From Tubiluchus corallicola (taxonomy: Eukaryota; Animalia; Priapulida): 64,000 bases of DNA. The translations under genes were made by a program, and so were the position numbers. This document shows positions 52,671-64,000 of the stretch, in pieces (the first letter of the stretch is position 1; the number at the start of each line of letters is the position of its first letter). The stretch is from positions 4,182-68,181 of the forward strand of contig JAQGDQ010001042.1 in the NCBI GenBank assembly GCA_030141605.1, given 5' to 3'. The notes beneath the pieces were generated by a model, which did no database searches, was not told the DNA's origin, and saw nothing but the letters and a program-made list of their open reading frames with translations.

Positions 52671-53177
52671 TGAAACTGTGGCAAGGCTTGTTATGCAATA
52701 TGATTGCATTTCTGTCTTATGATGTCATAATGCAAACTGAAATAATATTTCTCTGCGTATTTCAGCACATTCCTACTGCACTGTTTCTTCTGGAACACCC
52801 CGTACATTTTACTATGCAGGCGTTTTTAATTCTAATCAAATTTGTAACATGTTTTCCACATATTTATTGTTATAGTAGCTCGAGATACAGCATGAAAGAC
52901 TCGGTCATTGTAAACATGTAGAGAAGCGAGGAATTTCTTTCAGTGAAATTTGAGTTAAAACAGATGGTACGGATACAATGCGATTTCTCAAAAGCCCCAT
53001 TCTTCTGCGTGCATGAAATGCAAGACCCAACTTTTACTTCTTATTAAACTCCAGTGGAAGAAGTATTATGCTATTTATACAATAAAGTTCTATGTTGCAC
53101 AGTATTAGACAGCCAGAAACCGGAAGTTGAGATTTTCGTATTTGAAGTACGGGCTACTACAACAAATACTATATCAC

Positions 53178-53311
53178 GCGGTCAGCTTGTGAAATAATGT
53201 ACTGGGTCCGTAAAAATGTTCTCAACGAATTTACGCCATTTACAAAAATGGCACTACTGGTCTTCCAAAAACTCGGAATTCTGCGTATCCGAGGGAAAAT
53301 TCTCATCCCTG
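53178..53311 (+). mobile_element. hAT MITE family A, 3' fragment
   Basis: cggtcagcttgtg...attctcatccctg. Confidence 0.85.
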
Positions 53312-53734
53312 AGGTGGGAGCTGAAACGTTAAGTTTAGTAACTCATACATCAAAATGCGGTAATCCCGGTAGACTGGTACACCTCCTATTCATGCTGAGC
53401 TTAGCTATTTAGGCTTGAGTAACAGTCTACATGGCTACCTAAACGAAACACAAAGGCACGTCTAGTGAAAGCGTCCCAGAAAAGTAAACAGTCAAACACA
53501 TTAGCAGCCAAATGACGTTGCCACGAACGCTTCCATGGCGAATAATCAACAATTTCCGGGTTTCTAGCATTCTGAATGCACTTTCATGGCTCTGAATACA
53601 CTTTCATGGCTCTTTCATGGCTCTGAATGTACTTCCATAGCCCCCCCCCCCCAATATACTCTCAACACAATGTTAACACGCCCATGATTTCATCCTCATT
53701 TCAATGTGTGTATAACAGTTTATACACATACAGA

Positions 53735-54245
53735 AGAGAAACCAGAGGAAGAGCAAACCATTCCAGAATAACAGATTTACCTTTATTCCAAATCCTATCG
53801 TTAATTCCAGAACAAGCAATCTAAAACAAATTAGGACAAATACCCACTATGGAACGAACTCTGTAATCAAACAAGCAATTCTACTTTGGAATTCTCTACC
53901 ATTATAGGTTAAACAAATCAAGTCCCTATCAGCATTTAAAACAAAATTAAAATCACTAATATTAACCAGATGTGAAATACCATCACACCAGTACGACAAC
54001 ATACACACTAATTAAGAATTCATATATCCACGGCCATATTAATTAAATCATAATTTTTGTGCATAGTTGTAAATACGTCTGATTTTATTCGTCATTACTT
54101 TCCATTACTGCACAGTAGTTTAGATTGCACTGACGCATTTGCCTTTAGCAGTGTAAGTTTTTATTAACTAACACTGATTGATCATCTCTGTAAAGTTTTC
54201 ATCAGTGATTATCAATGTATTTTAATGGCAAATAAAGATTATTAT
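53735..54245 (+). mobile_element. L2/Crack-like LINE 3' end
   Basis: Same family as the 62590 copy. Confidence 0.78.
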
Positions 54246-54268
54246 CATATATATATACAGCTTTTACA

Positions 54269-54737
<469 letters not shown>

Positions 54738-55257
54738 CTTTTACACATACAATGAGCACTGTTAAAACTCGTCTACTTTTCAAAACCCGCAATAGTTAAA
54801 AACTGCTAATCGGCGTCATGGGTTAAACACACTGCGGGTATTGTGTGTTACCCTAGGAGGGCAACAATACCCCCGGTGCATTGCACCTGGACTAGGCTGC
54901 TCTTTTTTCCTGCCGTCTCTTTTCTGAAGAGGTGTCAGGTTGTGTAAAGAAGCATCCGTCTTGCTTAACGGGGGCTGCAAACACGGCTCGATCAGGTAAT
55001 CTCGTGTTTATACGTGAATTTGAACGGTTGTTTGCAGGCAACGATTATATTTGTACGGGAAATCCGACTATGCCCGCGGCATTCAGTTCAGTGAAAATAA
55101 GAATCATCAAAAATCGATAAATCAATGCACACAGAAAAACAGGAAATATATTGTGGTAAGGAAAATGTTTGCTTATAATGTATATATATATATATACATA
55201 TATACAAGTCGACACGTGTAAAAACTAGCAGGCCACATACATGCGTTATATAAAATG

Positions 55258-55486
55258 TTAAAAGACCGGACGATTGTTTAGACCCAATCCCATTTTAATT
55301 AGCTATCCAAAATATACATTTTATTGCCTATAAAAGTTAGCAATTGCTTCTTGTATTTTAATAATTAGTTTAGAAAGTTAATTAACGACAACCGAACACA
55401 GCTATTGCTTACGTCACAAACTAACCACAGTTTGTGCAATGGCAGGCGTCTTCCCTGCACGTCAAAAGCACATTTGCATAAGTGTT
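55258..55486 (+). mobile_element. Kolobok-like MITE family E, 5' fragment
   Basis: Matches the first ~230 bp of the family. Confidence 0.7.
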
Positions 55487-55577
55487 TTATGTTCAATTTT
55501 AATTCTTCCTCTTAAACAAAGTGAATAATTTTGGGACTGGAACTCATTCGGGGTTTAGCTAGTCAACACATATCCTC

Positions 55578-55998
55578 AAGTCAAGAAAAACACAAAGACA
55601 ACAACAACCTTCACAAAAACGTAAAATTCAAGCCACGAAAGAGAAGAAACTTAGGAAAGCAGTTCAAAGCACTGCACAGTGTAGCAAGGAAGTAAACTCA
55701 TCCAAGGAAGGGAAAAGAATGTGTCAAGAAAAACACAAAGACAACAACAACCTTCACAAAAACGTAAAATTCAAGCCACGAAAGGGAAGAAAGTTAAGGA
55801 AAGCAGTTCAAAGCACTGCACAGTGTAGCAAGGAAGTAAACTCGTCCAAGGAAGGGAAAAGAATGTGTCAAGAAAAACACAAAGACAGCAACAACCCTCA
55901 CAAAAACGTAAAATTCAAGCCACGAAAGGGAAGAAACTCAGGAAAGCAGTTCAAAGCACTGCAAGGAAGCAAACTCGTCCGCGGAAGGGAAAAGAATG
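55578..55998. repeat. ~144-bp tandem array x3
   Basis: gtcaagaaaaacacaaagac...aagggaaaagaatgt repeated. Confidence 0.88.
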
Positions 55999-56370
55999 TG
56001 CTGCATAGCGCAGGAAGAAACTTCCGACCACGAAGCCCTCAAGGTAACCTACATAAAACCAGTTCTGATGGTGTCCAACAGCTCTATCCGTTTCTCCGGA
56101 ATTTGCACTTTTCGACACTTCGACGGAAACCAGCAAGCGGCGGCAGGCTTTCTTGACAAAGCTTTAATAATATGGGTTTCCGTGTCAGGGACCCAGTGCA
56201 ATTAGGCACATTTAGTTACGAAATCATGTAGTCACGCTATAATAGCTGCTGTAGTCTGTGAATATTGTAGCGGTGCAAGCAAGCTAAAAGCTCGCTTTAG
56301 TAGAGTTTCTAAACTTCTGGGAAGTTACGATTATTTCAATGTTCGTGAAAAATGTTAGAAGGCTTTAGTA

Positions 56371-56650
56371 CAGGGGTGTGCAAATTATCTGACTAGCCGG
56401 GCCACACTAAACTTTCCCGCAATTCCTGCGGGCCACACGCAGTTTGATCAAGGAGCCAAGTACAGAAAGGCCTAATAATGATTTTTTTGCATCCGACCTG
56501 CGTATATCATTACTACTACACTCAAGAAACTATTTTAGAAGTTATTAAAATTTATATTATAAACCATATATTTCTACTTTCAGGACAGATAGTGGTAATT
56601 TCATTACAATGCATATTAGTGTGGCGCGGGCCGCAATTTGCACACCCCTG
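56371..56650 (-). mobile_element. hAT MITE family B, internally deleted
   Basis: TIRs; TSD CTTTAGTA. Confidence 0.9.
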
Positions 56651-57081
56651 CTTTAGTAATAAAACTGCAAATAAGTGCCCCGTGTTACTAGTAAAATCAC
56701 TTTAAAGTCGCGATCACTTCATGTTTGGACGCTCCCATTTTCAATGCCCATTCTTCCTCCAATGACGTCATTTGTCTTGAAGAAAAGTAGTGCACTGTCA
56801 ATCTTCGCTAGAAGTATAATATATGTTTTTACAAAAAATTTAGATAGCCAATTCTGTAATATTTTTGCGTGAACATGAGGTAAGTTTGAAATAGTTTAAG
56901 AAGCGCGCGCTTACGGAAAACCACGACGTGCTTACGGAAAGTCCCGAAGTCTCTCAGCCACATCAAGATTTTCAAGTGAATGGCGGCAACCGCCGCGCCT
57001 GAAAATTTCTATTCAGCGGTAGAGTATTTTAAATTTATGCTTTATAGGCAGTTCCTTGCAAATTTTTTATTCAATTTTTCA

Positions 57082-57555
57082 AAGTGATAACAGTAAAATA
57101 AACCCAGCACACGGAGTGACTTGTTCTTTCGTTTAGCACACCACAAACAGTTTAAGTCATAACAGTAAAATAAACCCAACGTACTGAGTGACTTGTTCTT
57201 TCCTTTAGCACACCACAAACAGTTTAAGTGTACACAGTAAAATAAACCCAACACACTGAGTGACTTGTTCTTTCCTTTAGCACACCACAAACAGTTTAAG
57301 TCATAACAGTAAAATAAAGCCAACATACCGAGTGACTTGTTCTTTCATTTAGCACACCACAAACAGTTTAAGTCATAACAGTAAAATAAAGCCAACATAC
57401 CGAGTGACTTGTTCTTTCCTTTAGCACACCACAAACAGTTTAAGTCATAACAGTAAAATAAAACCAACACGCTGAGTGACTTGTTCTTTCCTTTAGCACA
57501 CCACAAACAGTTTAAGTGATAACAGTAAAATAAACCCAACATACTGAGTGACTTG
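57082..57555. repeat. 72-bp tandem array, about 6.5 copies
   Basis: Period 57082/57154. Confidence 0.9.
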
Positions 57556-58499
57556 CTTTTTTCTTCAAAGACTTTCTTTTACAGATGTCTATTTTCTTAC
57601 CACACATACTTTATATTCAAATCAAAAAATGAACAGATCCATGTATGCCAAGAAAAGTCGCCTAAATAACGAGCTTTTTCTTTTTGCTGCCATCCATTAT
57701 ATACAGAAGGCGTTTAAAAGGAAGGCTATCAAAGCGATTTCAAAAATTCGAAAAAATTCAGCAAAAATAATGACAATTTCTAAGTAAAGGGCTAATTAAA
57801 AATGTACCTAGAAAGAATTCTCTAGCTGCTTAGAAATGACTCCTTTATTTCCGCAATGAGATTTAATTTGGGCGAAACTTCAAATTTCCTCTAAAAAGTT
57901 TAAATTGGTAACAAATTAAAAGCGTATTATTTCCTGCACAAATTGACAATCTACAACAATAACTTACTGTTCGTGTCGTGACTGATTCATTTGATTACAC
58001 ATAATATTCGATACCAAGAAATTAAAGAGGCGTTTCCATACTTTTCAAAACCGCCCCCCCCCCAACACATCAAAACTTACACCGTATGTGACGAAGTTTA
58101 ATGACTCGCTAGTATATCATTACGTCATGCCACCATCATGGTCACATGACCTGCATTTTGATTTGTGATTGGGCCAAACTGGAGAAGACGATCGATACAA
58201 GCGCATTGTCTCCGCATTGTTGTTTAGAGCCGGGTCCAGGGATTTTGACCGAGACCGTACGTTTGTGAAATTGTTTTTGAATACATTTGTGAAATTTGAT
58301 TAACTCTAGGTGTTAGCTATTTAGTAATGCAACGTAAGTGGAATTCAGTCTAAAACTATCTAATTAGATAACATTATAGAATTGCTGTGCACATACTTTT
58401 TTGTCATGTGCCACGAAAGTTTTCTTACGTCTAAATTATCAAAACACCATTTAATAGATTTATTTCGCAATAATAATAATAATATTTCGTGATAATCAG

Positions 58500-59045
58500 T
58501 TTTTGTTAATACAAAAATATGATACAATTCATGAATTCTGTGCTAGAGACCCAAGAAGCTAGCTTATGGTAGGCCACTAGAATTAGTTACGAAAAAAAAA
58601 TTACAATATATACAGATACAATATTACAATATATACAAATATAAATACGGATGGGAAGTAATAAAAGTATTATTATACTAGAGGGAAAGTTTTTGAAAAT
58701 GAAAAACAACAAATCATGATTGAGTGATCAGTTATATGTTTCAAGTAAGTTTGATTGATAATTTTTTTTAAATATGGACAGCGAGTTGGCATTTTTAATA
58801 GCTGGAGCAATTGAATTCCATATGTAAGGGCCATTGTATTTAATAGAAAATTTTCTAACATTAGTGTTGCACTGTATGTAGTGATAGTTAAGTCTATAAC
58901 GTGTGCCGTAATTATGTATCTCAGCATTCAAACAAAAATAATCAGTAAATAAGGGAGGCAATAATTTATGAGAGAATTTGTACATGAAAATGTCAGTTTG
59001 GAACTTATTAATGTCATAAATGTTTAGAAAGTTTAGTCTTTTAAA
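58500..59045 (-). mobile_element. L2/Crack-like LINE 3' fragment
   Basis: MYKF..LLP..F..IHNYGTR..KFSIKYNGPYIWNSI..SLSIFKK. Confidence 0.75.
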
Positions 59046-59388
59046 TCATGGTGGTCCCCTTTCTCTCGCAGATGCACACGCCCTTGCAAGCACAAGGCTG
59101 TAACCAAAGTTCACTGTAGCGATGACTCATTTAGGACAACATTATGGTGGCCGTCTACTGTAGTCTGTAAGCTGTACGTGTAACAAGCTATAGCATTAAA
59201 GGTAAACAGTTTTTTTGCACTTTTTTATCACGTGGCATTGAGATGCTTAAAAACGCAGCTACACTTTTTTTCTAGGTCCCACACCCCGCAAGGAAGGGTA
59301 GAATCCAATCTAAAGTCCATATTTCCTATTCATAGTCACAGATATTAATCAAAAATAAGCACTGAGTTTGAATAATAATAATAATAAT

Positions 59389-59540
59389 AGAGACTATTAT
59401 TACCCCACTTTTACCCTAAATACCACGCGCCGGACAGGGCAACAGCAGGTATCATTTTTAAAGTCTTTGGTATGACCCGGCTGCTGGTTCGAACTCGCGA
59501 CCTCCCAGACGGAAAGCAGACGCATTACCACTAGACTAGG
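59389..59540 (-). mobile_element. tRNA-derived SINE, same family
   Basis: Minus strand: TAGTCTAGTGGTAA...GAGTTCGAAC...GGGTCATACCAAAGACTTTAAAAATG. Confidence 0.7.
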
Positions 59541-59661
59541 TTTGTGTTTGCCTACAGGAGTTGTACTCAGGTGATAGCTTATTCGGAAATGCAAACTTCC
59601 CAAACTGGAGAGAGAAAGAGAGGGAGAGAGGGAGAGAGAGAGAGAGAGAAAGAGAGGGAGA

Positions 59662-59719
<58 letters not shown>

Positions 59720-60574
59720 GAGAGGGACGGAGGGAGGGAGGGGGAAGAGAGAGAATAATAGTACATACATAGCATGAATTTAAAAAAAAAGAGAGGCCCT
59801 ATTTTCAAACCTGCCTGGATGAAACATTAACCTCACAAAATCTAGTTAATAGAACGATTAATTGCAAATCTGCCTTTTTGGCCTTTCAATTCACGCCCGG
59901 GACGCTTGCACAATGATACACGGTTATTTGTTCAAGTGTGAAATAATGAAATGGATCAAGACATGAAAATGGCTTAGACGTCTTCTGAGCAAACAAGCTG
60001 AACAAAACATCTGTGAAAGAACAGTGCCCAATTAAAGGAACTTAACCAAATAAATTTCATACAAGGTCATATAAATATTTTCATGAATCTGCGAAACAAA
60101 GGGAAAAGTTCAGCTGCAGTTGCTGAGTTTAGAAGAACAGTTGTTTGAAATTTTCCAATGTTTATAGTTTATCTTAAACTTGGTTGACGAACAGTGCGTT
60201 TGTTTGTTGTCGCGACAAAACGATGGCATGTAAATTTAAGTCACGCTGTAATGTCTGGGAACAAAAGCAAGTTTGCTTTGTAAACGGTATCTTAACTTTC
60301 TTCATTTCAACAGCAGACAATGTACACAGTTCCATAGAGTATCACGTGACCTACGGGATCACGTGTCATTTTTGTTGACAACGTGGCGTCGGGAAGTAGA
60401 CGAAATTTGAGCTGAGAAGCAATAAGGGCGCCCCCTTCTTTGGTTGAGAGTGACTAAACATCAGTAGAGGAGTGTGATTAAACATCAGTAGAGGATAAGC
60501 AATGCGGGCGCCCCCTTCTTTGGTTGAGTGTGACTAAACATCAGTAGAGGAGTGTGATTAAACATCAGTAAGTA

Positions 60575-61015
60575 TGATACGAGCAAGGCGTTTGATCAAC
60601 TGTTCAGAGAGGAATCCTCTTCAATGATCTACAAACTGTACTACAACCAGATGAAATGCACATTATTAAAATTCTACTAAATGATGTTAAACTTACTGTA
60701 AAAGTTGGGAACACCTCAGGAAGAACTTTTAGCGCGAATATTGGGGTCCCTCAGGGGGACTGTCATAGCCCAATACTTTTCACGCTCTATCCAACAAATG
60801 CACTTAAGATCCACACTCTTCCAAATGATGATCATGATTACGATACCACTGTCTGTGATAACCTTCCTCAACATATTCTGGATCATTCCTATCCCGTTTT
60901 GGAATCCTATGAACCATTCCTTATTGATCAACAATACACAGATTATATCGGATGTATTAGTGCATCAAATTTTCAAATTAACACAATAAAAGGGATTTTC
61001 CAAAGAAAAAGATAG
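60575..61015 (+). mobile_element. Reverse transcriptase fragment (non-LTR)
   Basis: SKAFD (frameshifted)...GVPQGDCHSPILFTLY; degenerate YxDD (YTDY). Confidence 0.75.
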
Positions 61016-61847
61016 AGAAGACAATTTGAAGAAGAGGATGATACTAACATCATGCATGTACTAACGAATTGTAATTGCGACAGCATTAATGATGAAACGT
61101 GATTATGAATCGAAGGGAAGGGAGGTCATGTGGGAAGGGAGGTCATGGAAATGGAAGTGCTGTGAAATAGAAGAAGAGGACGACCCAAGCTGAGATGGTT
61201 TGAATGTATTAACGGAGACCTTAGAGAGAAGAACATAAATGAAGAGATGGTCAACAACAGGAATGCATGGAGAAGACTTATTCACAACCGCGACCCGGCA
61301 TAGGGAAGAAGAAGTAATTATGAATCGAACCACTGAAACAAGTCTTACACTAGCGAAGATACAAAAAACATCGCTGTACTGTCTAAAACTTGAGCTTTTA
61401 TTCCAGTAAATGTTACTAATAATGAAAAAATACTTCCAAAATATTCTGTATAGAATTCCTACCCTTAGTCTACTGTTTAGAATTTTTATTTTAGTGCATT
61501 TATACCCATAGGTTATATAGAAATAAGAGATGATGAAAGTTGTAAAAGAACTATGATTAAAGATTATACAAAGAACTACATTTAGAACTGTAGTTGATCA
61601 TGCATTCCTATGCAATGTGTATGTTTTCTGTACACTTTCTGTGTATTAGTTTTTGTAAACCTTTTGTATGTTAATTCTAGCAGCCACCGAGTAGAATTGT
61701 GACATTTTTTATTTTATTTCTAAACAGCCTAACAGGTGGTGCTGGTAGTGGCGGCGGCGGTGGTGGTGGTGGTCTGCTATTACCAAAGCCTCTTTAAATA
61801 AGTGCATCAGATAAAGACATGGTATAAAGTGAAGCGAGAGTAGCTCT

Positions 61848-62370
61848 TGTTGGCATCCTTCTGTCTCGGAAGACAATGGAGTGTGCGCCAAGAGAGTCAG
61901 TTATTGATCACATTGATGGAGCTGCAGCGTCGACTGTGGCTGAGCAGTCCGATCCTTGAACGTCTCCAGGGCGCACGCCTGAGCAAGCTGTATGAAGATC
62001 CCGAGTTGCCCAGATAGACAACAGGAAACCCCTCTCTTCCTCCCTGGTGTAGTCCAAAGGAAAGTGGAGCGATACGTTTGGCACCAGGTTGGCTGCAGGA
62101 GCTGCCGGAGTCAGTGAGCATGCTGCACTGGTCCGCCTTCGGGGCTCCACTCCTGATTTGGAAGCTTTACTCCTCTACACATGGCCGTCAGTTGGCTGCT
62201 TGTGCAGCTCCCCCACCTAGTGTCGAGATACAGTGTGGGAAAGCTGCAAGCCTACAGCACCTGGTATTTCTAGGCGGTCACCCATCCAAGTACTAACCAG
62301 GTTCTACGTTGCTTAACTTCGGTGATCAGACGAGAACCGGTGTTTTCAACGTGATATGGCCGTAGACAAT
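61848..62370 (-). mobile_element. 5S rRNA-derived SINE with RTE-derived body and tail, copy 2
   Basis: Full 120-nt 5S head; 11-bp TSD AGAGTAGCTCT (61837-61847, 62371-62381); body encodes SRIGLLSHSRRC, an RTE ORF terminus. Confidence 0.9.
62248..62367 (-). pseudogene. 5S rRNA sequence forming the SINE head (no oligo-T terminator)
   Basis: GTCTACGGCCATATCACGTTGAAAACACCGGTTCTCGTCTGATCACCGAAGTTAAGCAACGTAGAACCTGGTTAGTACTTGGATGGGTGACCGCCTAGAAATACCAGGTGCTGTAGGCTT. Confidence 0.9.
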
Positions 62371-62589
62371 AGAGTAGCTCTACATAGCAGACAAAACCCA
62401 TTCAACAGGTCAGAGCTTAACTCATTCGTTGCTGTAAAGTTAAGAGTATAATCCTTTGTAACAAAGGCAATTGTTATGGCAAGGTCCCCAGCAACCGGTG
62501 AGACGCCTGATCTTAAAGAAAAGTAGAAAGAAAACTAAATTGAAAGCTTATCTAACTAAATCAGTTAATCCCACTTTAAAGGATACGCG

Positions 62590-63315
62590 CTTGCCTTCTC
62601 CAGTTCAGGGGCACGAGAGCTTGGAGAACCGAAAGGGATAATCCGCAGAAAAAGTAAGTCTAGTGAAAGAAAGGCAATAGCAGAAAATGTAGAATAGAGA
62701 ACCGCAAGGGGCGCCACAGAAGAAAGTATATAATGCAATGACGAAATTAAAATTCTCAATCATTGAAGCACACAAAGAATATTTTACTCTGCTTTTTATA
62801 TTTAAATACATTAACAACATCAGCAAACCATTCCAGAATAACAGATTTACCTTTTTTTCAAATCCTATCGTTAATTCCAGAACAAGCAATCTAAAACAAA
62901 TTAGGACAAATACCCACTGTGGAACGAACTCTGTAATCAAGCAAGCAATTCTACTTTGGAATTCTCTACCATTACAGGTTAAACAAATCAAGTCCCTATC
63001 AGCATTTAAAACAAAATTGAAATCACTAATATTAACCAGATATGAAATACCATCACACCAGTACGACAACATACACACTAATTAAGAATTCATATATCCA
63101 CGGCCATATTAATTAAATCATAGTTTTTTTTCATTTTTTGTGCATAGTTGTAAATATGTTTGATTTTATTCGTCATTACTGCACAGTAGTTTAGATTGCA
63201 CTGACGCATTTGCCTTTAGCAGTGTAAGTTTTTATTAACTAACACTGACTGATCATCTCTGTAAAGTTTTTATCAGTGATTATCAATGTTTTTTAATGGC
63301 AAATAAATATATATA
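62590..63315 (+). mobile_element. L2/Crack-like LINE 3' end
   Basis: ORF 62738-63085 ends RTNTHCGTNSVIKQAILLWNSLPLQVKQIKSLSAFKTKLK, followed by 3' UTR and AATAAA. Confidence 0.8.
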
Positions 63316-63760
63316 AAGAACTGACAACTGTGGTAAGGCATCTGTGGAAATTTGATTCGACTGGACATCGTACACAAAAGCAAAGATAACCGTAAGGGGC
63401 GCCACAGAAGAAAGTATATAATGCAATGACAAAAAGGGAACCTGTTAAATTATGTTAAGAGCATTAGATTATGATAAATAATTATGTTGATGAATGAAGC
63501 CAGTTAAGGAGTGGTGTCACGTGAGCAAGTGATTCAGAATATTGTGTAATAGGCGTGTGGTTATTTAGGATACGTGTAGTTGTAATATCCGTATTGTATT
63601 ACTTTTCTTTGTTTTTATGTTAAGTACTAATTTTTATGTATGTAATTGTTTATGTCAGTATCTACTAATCCTGCAATTGTAATTTTAATTTTATTTTTTT
63701 TGCTAGATAATTTTGTACTTTTTTATAATTTCAGTGTGAACTATATGTTCGAAATAAATG

Positions 63761-64000
<240 letters not shown>

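Noticed and set aside
55719-56156. Lys-rich 145-aa ORF
   Set aside because: Derived from the 144-bp tandem repeat; the first unit has a stop; no recognisable homology.
59930-60015. N-terminal RRLS exon (LRRRLSH on the minus strand)
   Set aside because: Surrounding residues do not resemble the CDK16/17 N-terminus, and the frame stops with no suitable donor.

Overview
AT-rich, repeat-dense animal genomic DNA; the 5S-derived sequence resembles lophotrochozoan (mollusc/annelid-type) 5S rRNA, which is an inference. One host gene is identifiable: a PCTAIRE kinase (CDK16/17/18 family) on the minus strand. Eleven GT-AG exons between 26174 and 160 splice in frame from IVHENPRIGSDGES through [35 protein letters not shown] and DMWGVG to HPYF...KLPD. 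The 3' end lies before base 1, and the first coding exon could not be fixed with certainty (candidates at 31305, 29405 and 44616). The rest is intronic or upstream DNA full of hAT, piggyBac, Kolobok and pogo MITEs, Tc1 remnants, Helentron-like elements, LINE fragments, SINEs, a solo LTR and many minisatellites. The most notable observations are: two TSD-flanked 5S-rRNA-headed SINEs with an RTE-derived bipartite body; a Tc1 copy carrying both a 2-kb satellite and an open ORF with seven GRPR (AT-hook-like) repeats; a sense solo LTR 13 nt from a splice donor; a 24-bp minisatellite that multiplies a splice donor in frame; and inverted MITE pairs bracketing a 399-nt stop-free exon block. No CRISPR or other prokaryotic system is present.
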